From positions 128,001 to 192,000 of the forward strand of contig CBDAOB010000003.1 in the NCBI GenBank assembly GCA_965197905.1: 64,000 bases of DNA, in the 5' to 3' direction. Shown here piece by piece: positions 57,781 to 64,000 of the stretch. The notes under the pieces are model-generated. The model did no database searches. It saw nothing but the letters and a program-made list of their open reading frames with translations, and was not told the origin of the DNA. Position numbers and translations under genes: made by a program. This DNA comes from Candidatus Latescibacterota bacterium. Its GTDB lineage: Bacteria > Latescibacterota > UBA2968 > UBA8231. Position 1 is the first letter of the stretch; each line of letters opens with the position of its first letter.

Positions 57781-58734
57781 TCATTCCCTGCCTTTCTGGG
57801 CAAAATTCGGCGAGTCGAAAAACGTCTTCAACTCCGGGTTCCGCTGAATGTAATCCTTGAGTTCGACAACGATGTTTTCCTGAAGCTGGATGCTAAGGCC
57901 ACCGTCGACCGGCAGCACGACGCCGGTGATGAAGGAGCCCTGGGGCGAGCACAGAAAAGAGACCGCGTGGGCAATGTCGGCCGGCGTGCCCGTGCGGCGC
58001 ACCGGGTAATACAGCTCGTGCAGATGAAACCCCGCCTCGTTACCGACTTCGCCCCACAGCTTCTCCAGGTTCTCGGTCACCATATGCCCCGGTGCGATGG
58101 CGTTGACGGTGATGCCCAGGGGCCCGAAATCGATGGCCATCTGCCTGGTCAGTCCGTTGACGGCCGCCTTGCCCGTCTCGTAGATCATCCACCCCGCGGC
58201 CTGCAGCAGGCTGTGGACGGACGAGATATTGACGATCCGTCCCACCTCACTCGGAGGCGGCGAGCCGCGCCGCAGTCCCTTGCCCTCCCAGGGTTCGGGT
58301 TCGAAACCCGACGGTGGTCCCGACGCCTCCATGGCCGGCACGGCGTACTTGGCACCGAGAAAATGAGCGCCCACGAGCAGATCCATGCCTCGCCGCCAGT
58401 TGTCGAGTTCGACCTCGACGGCACTGCCTAAAACGGAGAAGCCCGCGACGCCGAAGGCGTTCTGCACCAGGATATCGAGCCGGCCGAATTCCGCTACCGC
58501 CCGCTCGACCATTTCCCTGGCCACCTCTTCCCGGGCCACATCACCCGTCATCGACGCGGCTTTCCCACCCGCGGCCTCGATGCGCTCCACATTGGCGGCT
58601 GCCGTCGACTCGTCGATGTCGACGATGAGCACCTGGGCTTCGTCGGCTGCCAGCGTGCGGGCGATTTCACCGCCGATCCCGGCTGCACCACCGGTAACGA
58701 TGGCGACCTTACCTGTCAGTTTTTCAATTGCCAT
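57781..58734 (-). CDS. Short-chain dehydrogenase/reductase
   Basis: TGGAAGIG, GRLDILV, IVNISS, YETGK, NAIAPG and VDGG; ~25-aa Pro-rich insert before IVNISS. Confidence 0.92.
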   Translation of the reverse strand: MAIEKLTGKVAIVTGGAAGIGGEIARTLAADEAQVLIVDIDESTAAANVERIEAAGGKAASMTGDVAREEVAREMVERAVAEFGRLDILVQNAFGVAGFSVLGSAVEVELDNWRRGMDLLVGAHFLGAKYAVPAMEASGPPSGFEPEPWEGKGLRRGSPPPSEVGRIVNISSVHSLLQAAGWMIYETGKAAVNGLTRQMAIDFGPLGITVNAIAPGHMVTENLEKLWGEVGNEAGFHLHELYYPVRRTGTPADIAHAVSFLCSPQGSFITGVVLPVDGGLSIQLQENIVVELKDYIQRNPELKTFFDSPNFAQKGRE

Positions 58735-58806
58735 GGTTCGTCTCCTGTGTGGGTGGGCGTTTATGATCAAGTTGAAATGCCGACTTCGGGCATGAGGCAC
58801 CTATCC

Positions 58807-58926
58807 GCACAACACGGGGATGACCAGCGGGCGGAATCACCACCAGTTCAAGCCCAGCGATCCAGATCGGCGAAGCCGTATTTCAACTACGCGTCAGTGT
58901 CAAAGCACGCCGGAGCCTTGTTAGCC
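58807..58926 (-). repeat. Degenerate or chimeric attC-like site
   Basis: Minus strand GGCTAAC-AAGGC...CCGCTGGTCAT-CCCCGT-GTTGTGC; the ends are attC-like but the L boxes do not pair. Confidence 0.45.
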
Positions 58927-58953
58927 TGACATTCGATTGACGCATGGTCTCTG

Positions 58954-59427
58954 TCACAACCTGGTTCCCTCAGATCCGCGTTTGTCCCAGCTCGCCGCGG
59001 TCTCAGCATCTGCGCCGAAGAGACGTTGAGCGAGGACCATCCCGAGGGCCATCAGTGGAACAAAGATGAAGGCCTCGATTTGAAACGCACTGAGACGGGC
59101 GAGTGCGGGACCTGGGCAAAATCCCCCGAGCGCCCAACCGACGCCGAAGACAGAGGCGCCAACGATCAGTCGCGACGAGATCTCAGGACGCCCCGGTCCC
59201 GGAAGATAGGTGCCGAACCAGCCGCGCCCGCTCTTGAGTCTACGGTACGTGCCTATCAAAGCCGAATAGCTCGAAACCGCTCCCGCCATCACGAATACCA
59301 GTGTCGGATCCCAAGCGCCGGTGATATCGAGGAATCCGATCACCCGCGAGGGATCAGTCATGCCCGAGATAGACAATCCGAAGCCAAAGCTGAATCCAGC
59401 AATGATCACCAGAAATGCGCGCGTCAT
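58954..59427 (-). CDS. YeeE/YedE-family sulfur-compound transporter subunit
   Basis: FGFGLSISGMTDP..VIGFLD.TGAWDPTL and FGVGWALGGFCPGP. Confidence 0.88.
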   Translation of the reverse strand: MTRAFLVIIAGFSFGFGLSISGMTDPSRVIGFLDITGAWDPTLVFVMAGAVSSYSALIGTYRRLKSGRGWFGTYLPGPGRPEISSRLIVGASVFGVGWALGGFCPGPALARLSAFQIEAFIFVPLMALGMVLAQRLFGADAETAASWDKRGSEGTRL

Positions 59428-59858
59428 AGAAAATGGCTCCCGAGTACCGTAAGAATGCCGGCCGCCACAAAGATGGCTGTGGCCAACAGCGAGTCGCCAG
59501 CTCCAAGGCCAATACCGCAGACACCGTGACCGCTCGTACAACCGCCGCACAACCGTGTTCCGAAGCCGACCAGCAGACCAGCAGGGACCACGATCCACAA
59601 CGGTCGCACGAACGAGAAGGCTGATGCCGAAGTGACTAGGCCGAAGGCCGTCGCTGCGCCACCGATCAGGCCGATAAGGAAGAGAATTCGCCAGCTCAGA
59701 TCTCCTGCGGACGGCCGCAGCAAACGCCCTAAGACGCCGGAGACTCCGGGGATACGGCCTGTCGCAGCTGTCGCGACAGCGCTCCCGACGCCAATCAACA
59801 CGCCGCCGAGAAGTGCCATTAGATAAGTCTCAAAGTTGCTCACGATGTCACTCCGCAT
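59424..59858 (-). CDS. YeeE/YedE-family sulfur-compound transporter subunit
   Basis: GGVLIG, GRIPGVSG and GLLVGFGTRLCGGCTSGHGVCG. Confidence 0.88.
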   Translation of the reverse strand: MRSDIVSNFETYLMALLGGVLIGVGSAVATAATGRIPGVSGVLGRLLRPSAGDLSWRILFLIGLIGGAATAFGLVTSASAFSFVRPLWIVVPAGLLVGFGTRLCGGCTSGHGVCGIGLGAGDSLLATAIFVAAGILTVLGSHFL

Positions 59859-59910
59859 CTGTCCTCCCTGGAAGCTCGCCGTTGGCCTACGCATTGACAC
59901 TTGACATCGT

Positions 59911-60627
59911 TCATGGGTCCAGGCAGTAGGTAAGAAGCTCTGAGATGTGGTCAAATTCCAGATCCGCCATCCCCGTCGCTGTGAAACGGTCTGAGCGTCG
60001 AAACGCCGTTGACCATCCTACTGCCGCCGCTCCTTTGATATCTGCCTCCACGTCATTGCCCACATATAGAATGCGCTTTCCTTCTAGCCCCCCGACCCGC
60101 TCGGCGAGACGAAAGATGGCGGGGTCGGGTTTCTGAATGCCAACGTCACCGGAATAGATCCGAATGTTGAGAAAGGGCAGAAGTCCAACTCCCGCAAAAG
60201 CTCGATCCATGCAGAAGCCCGGCCATGTTGTATTGGCAATGATGCCCAGCTTGTAGCCGTTTTCACTGAGCGTGCGAAGGGCAGATTCCGTACCGGGAAA
60301 AAGCCACGATACATATCGAGGTCCTGCGTAGGCGTCCGCCAGGCATGCGGCATCTTCGGTGCCGAGCGGGGGATGCAGTTCTCTTGCCACGGCCTCCATC
60401 AGCCGGAGGAAATTGTATGCCTTGCCCAGACTTTGCCGACAGAGTTCCTCCTGTCGAGTTAACGCCTCCTTCAGCGGCTCGAGATCAAGATGAACACCCA
60501 TTCCGCCCAGAAGTGCATGTACGCGCTTCGCATTCTCGGACGCGACTTGGTTGGGGGATGCATCGGAACCTGTCCCGGGTCCGTAAAGCGTCCCTCCTGA
60601 GTCAAAGAAAATGCAGTCAAATCTCAT
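59911..60627 (-). CDS. HAD-superfamily hydrolase
   Basis: FFDSGGTL, IANT, KPDPAIF and YVGNDVEADI. Confidence 0.88.
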   Translation of the reverse strand: MRFDCIFFDSGGTLYGPGTGSDASPNQVASENAKRVHALLGGMGVHLDLEPLKEALTRQEELCRQSLGKAYNFLRLMEAVARELHPPLGTEDAACLADAYAGPRYVSWLFPGTESALRTLSENGYKLGIIANTTWPGFCMDRAFAGVGLLPFLNIRIYSGDVGIQKPDPAIFRLAERVGGLEGKRILYVGNDVEADIKGAAAVGWSTAFRRSDRFTATGMADLEFDHISELLTYCLDP

Positions 60628-61377
60628 CTATCGATGCTCCACGGTTATCCACAGAGGAAAATGGTCACTGAGATGCTGTTTGCCCGTGTCGCAGCAGGCA
60701 AGTGCCTGCTGTCTTGCGACGTCATACGTCAGCACGCAGTCACCTATTTGCCTCTTGATCCAGGCATAGTCCCAGCGTCCCTTGCCGATACTTGTGGGAG
60801 CGTCGGTACGATCAGAGAGCACGGCTGCGTCGACATAGCCATGACGTTCCAGGCATTCGCCCGCGGGTCCGCCCGGTTGCTCGTTGAAGTCTCCCACGAT
60901 TATGTCCAGCCCTGGTTCACAACTCCGGATCAAGTCCTGAAGCTCGGCTACACGTTGCGCAGCCGCCCGCTCGCCATCCAACTGACGCTTTGAAGGCAGA
61001 TGAACATTGCATATTCGCAGGCAGTAATCATCTCCCGCTACCTCAACGGTCTGCCACATCCTCTGTGTCTTAACTGCTGACTCCTGTGAACTATGGATTT
61101 GGCGCCCGCCATGGGGATGCCAGAGCACAGCGCCGCCATATTGAGAGTGCGTCGTCCCCGCACAATAGCATCCGGACATTCCCAGATGCTCGGAGACCAT
61201 TTCAAATGTTTCCCGGCCCTGAATCTCTTGCAGACAGATGACGTGCGGATTGACCTCTCGGTAGATCGCGCACAGCCGTTTGAGGATTTCCACATCGGGT
61301 GCCGGAGGCCTATCCGTCGGAAAGGGGACCCCTTGGAACCAGAAGGCGTTGTGACTGAGCACGGTGAGTTGTTTCAT
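60628..61377 (-). CDS. Endonuclease/exonuclease/phosphatase family protein
   Basis: LSHN, CLQE, NVHL, GDFNE, WDY and SDHFP. Confidence 0.88.
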   Translation of the reverse strand: MKQLTVLSHNAFWFQGVPFPTDRPPAPDVEILKRLCAIYREVNPHVICLQEIQGRETFEMVSEHLGMSGCYCAGTTHSQYGGAVLWHPHGGRQIHSSQESAVKTQRMWQTVEVAGDDYCLRICNVHLPSKRQLDGERAAAQRVAELQDLIRSCEPGLDIIVGDFNEQPGGPAGECLERHGYVDAAVLSDRTDAPTSIGKGRWDYAWIKRQIGDCVLTYDVARQQALACCDTGKQHLSDHFPLWITVEHR

Positions 61378-61441
61378 GTGCTTGTCTTCTTGACCGTGGA
61401 GGTTCTTCACATCCTGCGAACTCTGTTTCCTTGTTTCTATC

Positions 61442-62623
61442 TCAAACGACTACCTGTTCCACGGCTCGACGAGGGCTGGCCAACGCTTCTCTCTCCGGAT
61501 AACCCGCACGGAAGGCGAAGGTTGGCTTCCACGCCAGATCACCGGTGAGATCCGCCAGTACCTGCGTAGCGTGAGGTCCCTTGTTCAGTTCCCGCTCCCG
61601 ATCTACCATTTCCACCGGCTGGTTGAGAGGTTGCATAGCAATGCTTTGGCTCGTAGCCCACAGATGCATCCGCTGCCACACACGTCCAGCGCGCATGGTC
61701 TGCACCCGGTCGTAGAGGTCACGCACCGCAATCAGGCCAAACACCGGCGATGTGGCCACATGTACGTCCCGCGTCGCATCAAGCCAATATTTGTGGTCCG
61801 TTTCCGCCGATGGGGGAGGAAGCATCTTGGCTATCGCTGTCATTAGCGGGGGGAGTCCGGCGGCATCAAGCGTCGGACCGTCGCGAAATTCCTGGATATC
61901 GGCCCAGCTGGACCGAAACCATGCTTCGCTGTCATGGACCATGTTCGCATCCGCGATGATCGCTTCCGTGGCTTTGATCACAGCATCGCCAAACTTCCCC
62001 TTGTCTGCCGCTGCCGTGTAGAGAAAGACGTTAATTTCCGGGTCGTTCTCGACTATTCGGCGTATTTCCCCAAGGGCTTCAGACGGCAACGATCGGTCAG
62101 AATTGTACGCGCCACGATTCGTATGGCGCTCTGGAATGGCTTCATAGAGACTGCTTCGCTCCTGCTTTCCTGGCGGCAAGTCGATGTTGGCGACGAGCGT
62201 CGGCTCAGGTGTGCTTGGAATCGCATCTAAGTTGCCCTCGGATAGCGTGACTTCTGCCTCGTATCCATTGGCGATGGCAGCCAGCACCACATTCTCCACA
62301 GCGCAGCCCAGGCCGAGATGCATTTCTCTCAGATAGGGATCAAAGGCGCCAAGGTTCCGGATTGTATCGGCGTACAATTCAATTCGCCTTTCCGTTACCT
62401 TGAACAACCAGGGCTGAGTGTTGTGGGGGTTGGCTGCGAGAATGGCAGCACGGACCAGCGCAAGTGGCCCTTCACTGGCATCGGTGCGCCAATTCTTCTA
62501 AGGCACATACGCCGGTCCCTGACCGATACTGAAGACACCTTGGTCATAGGCACGCCACACCCCACTACCAGCAACCAAGACTGTAAGCGCACCGGCACCT
62601 TTCAGAAAGTTCCTTCGTTTCAT
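61442..62623 (-). pseudogene. Tat-exported Acg/nitroreductase-like FMN oxidoreductase with one in-frame TAG
   Basis: MKRRNFLK Tat motif at 62623, TAG at 62498-62500 (AYVP*KNW), then AANPHNTQPW, GCAVEN and RHTNR in the same frame. Confidence 0.8.
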
Positions 62624-62673
62624 ATTCAATCTCCTCAACGGACTGGGCCTATCAGGCTGGACATTCCACTTAC

Positions 62674-62770
62674 GGCTAACGAGGAGTCGAGCAGCACCAC
62701 CATCTTGCCAACCGAAGCGGTGCTGATTCCGACTTCACTGTCGATTCGTCTGTTCCAGCGATTGTTATGT
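62674..62770 (-). repeat. attC-like site
   Basis: Minus strand ACATAAC-AATCG-CTGGAACAGAC...GCTGCTCGA-CTCCTC-GTTAGCC; a short upstream reading frame ends in the TAA of the inverse core. Confidence 0.6.
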
Positions 62771-62829
62771 TTCCTCGATCTCCATCACATTGTGGATGAG
62801 ACCGGGATCCTGGCTTGGGTAGACCTGAC

Positions 62830-63998
62830 TTACATATATGGCATGTTCACATCTCGCGGTCGCTGTAGTCGCAGGAAGTAGTGCCCGAGCCCTCCAGCTC
62901 CGTACATAAAATCGGCGGAGTAGAGACCAGGTTCGTCCGTAGGCCAGGCATCACCCTCGGGCAACACTGCACGATAGGCCATGGCCATGTCAGCGAACTC
63001 ATTGGCTCGCTGCAACCAGATGGAGTCGCCACTGTCACGGTACAATTCGATGAAGAGTTCGCCGCATCCGGACAGGCCGATGCATTGGGTTATGTTGTGG
63101 CGGAAGTCGCTATAGGCATAGGTGGCCTGCCCCGCCTGTAGAGCCGTGTCACGGTAGATCGGCTCATCGAGGATCTGCGCGGCCCTGAGGAACACCACGC
63201 CGACGCCGGCGGACCCATGGCTCCACTGACAGCGGCTCAAATCCACTTCGCCCAGCACGGGAGGCCAGTTGAGGCCACCGTGGTCAGGAACGGCGTGGCG
63301 GTCAAGGGTGCGCAGGATGTCGCAGGCATTGTCGGCCCAGGTTGCCTCGCGGGTGGCTTCGTGGAGCAACAGCAGGTAGTGGGCTACGCCGCTGATGCCG
63401 TGGGCTACCCCGAGGAAGGGATCGTCGCCGAAGTTGCCGTCAGGCCGGCACAGGCAGTGACAGTCGGCATCGTCACGAACCAGATGCTCGCACAGCCAGG
63501 TGCCGTTACGCCGGGCGCCCTCCAGGTAGCGGCTCTCCTTGGTGGCTTCCCATAGCCGCAGTAGGTAGAGTCCATTTGACGCAGCGCCGCCCATGAGGTC
63601 GGTGAAGGGGCCTGGATCCTCGCGGAGGATGACATCGGCATTGTGCGCGCAATGCTCAGGAATCGGCTCGCCTGTGATCTGTGCCAGATACAGCCAGGAC
63701 ATCGCGGCCCCCGTCCGCCCCGTCAATAATCCGCGGTCGAAGCCTTCCATGTCGACTGTGGAGCACCAGCGATTGGCCTCACGAGCTAGATCCACGGCAG
63801 TTTCGCTGCCGGTCTGTCTCCCGTACTCGGCGAGGAAGATGCCGATGCCCCCGCACCCGTTGAACGCATCGTACCAGTAGTGGGGGTGATTGTCTAGTCG
63901 ATGGTCTGCCAACGCACGCCCTCGGGCACGCGCTCGGCAGTTCGCTCGATGAAGCGGTAGATGGAATGGGCCCCCTCTGTCGCAGATGTCATGGCCAT
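62830..63998 (-). pseudogene. Lanthionine synthetase C-like (LanC-like) protein with a -1 frameshift near the N-terminus
   Basis: GVAHGISG, QWSHGSAG, CIGLSG and FMYGAGG. The N-terminus ...GVRWQTID is in a different frame from DNHPHYWY, with the junction at ~63895. Confidence 0.75.
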
Positions 63999-64000
63999 TC

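Noticed and set aside
62498..62500. Pyrrolysine or stop-codon recoding
   Set aside because: Many genes in the window end in TAG and no pyl genes are present; the position fits a mutated Trp codon.
1..64000. CRISPR array, tRNA/rRNA, prophage or known defence system
   Set aside because: No regularly spaced repeats, structural RNA signatures, phage genes or defence-domain motifs recognised by eye.

Overview
GC-rich bacterial chromosomal DNA with no rRNA, tRNA, CRISPR array, prophage or intact transposase. The gene content is catabolic: 3 Cys-type sulfatases, 5 PhyH-like Fe/2OG dioxygenases, several uncharacterised glycoside-hydrolase-like proteins, TIM-barrel isomerases, AKR, SDR, an enolase-superfamily enzyme and a secreted FlgD-Ig/T9SS-tail-like protein. 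This mix suggests a Latescibacterota/Poribacteria-like heterotroph, though the taxonomy is inference only. Five points stand out. (1) A ~970-aa signal-peptide protein family with an acidic Ca-binding-like insert and a beta-strand-rich C-terminus occurs as two full copies plus an orphan C-terminal fragment, each beside GH-like, sulfatase or FlgD-Ig genes, resembling a polysaccharide-utilisation locus without SusC/D. (2) An eroded, integrase-less cluster of four co-oriented attC-like sites (56978-62770) lies in an all-minus-strand block, and the core sites of consecutive attCs are complementary. (3) A 168-bp CTAG-flanked MITE has replaced the C-terminus of a hydrolase. (4) About a dozen gene stumps or internally deleted genes sit at gene junctions, giving a deletion patchwork. 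(5) There is a divergent TetM-like GTPase and a cluster of three GT-C-type membrane glycosyltransferase-like genes. All product calls come from motif recognition by eye, not database searches.
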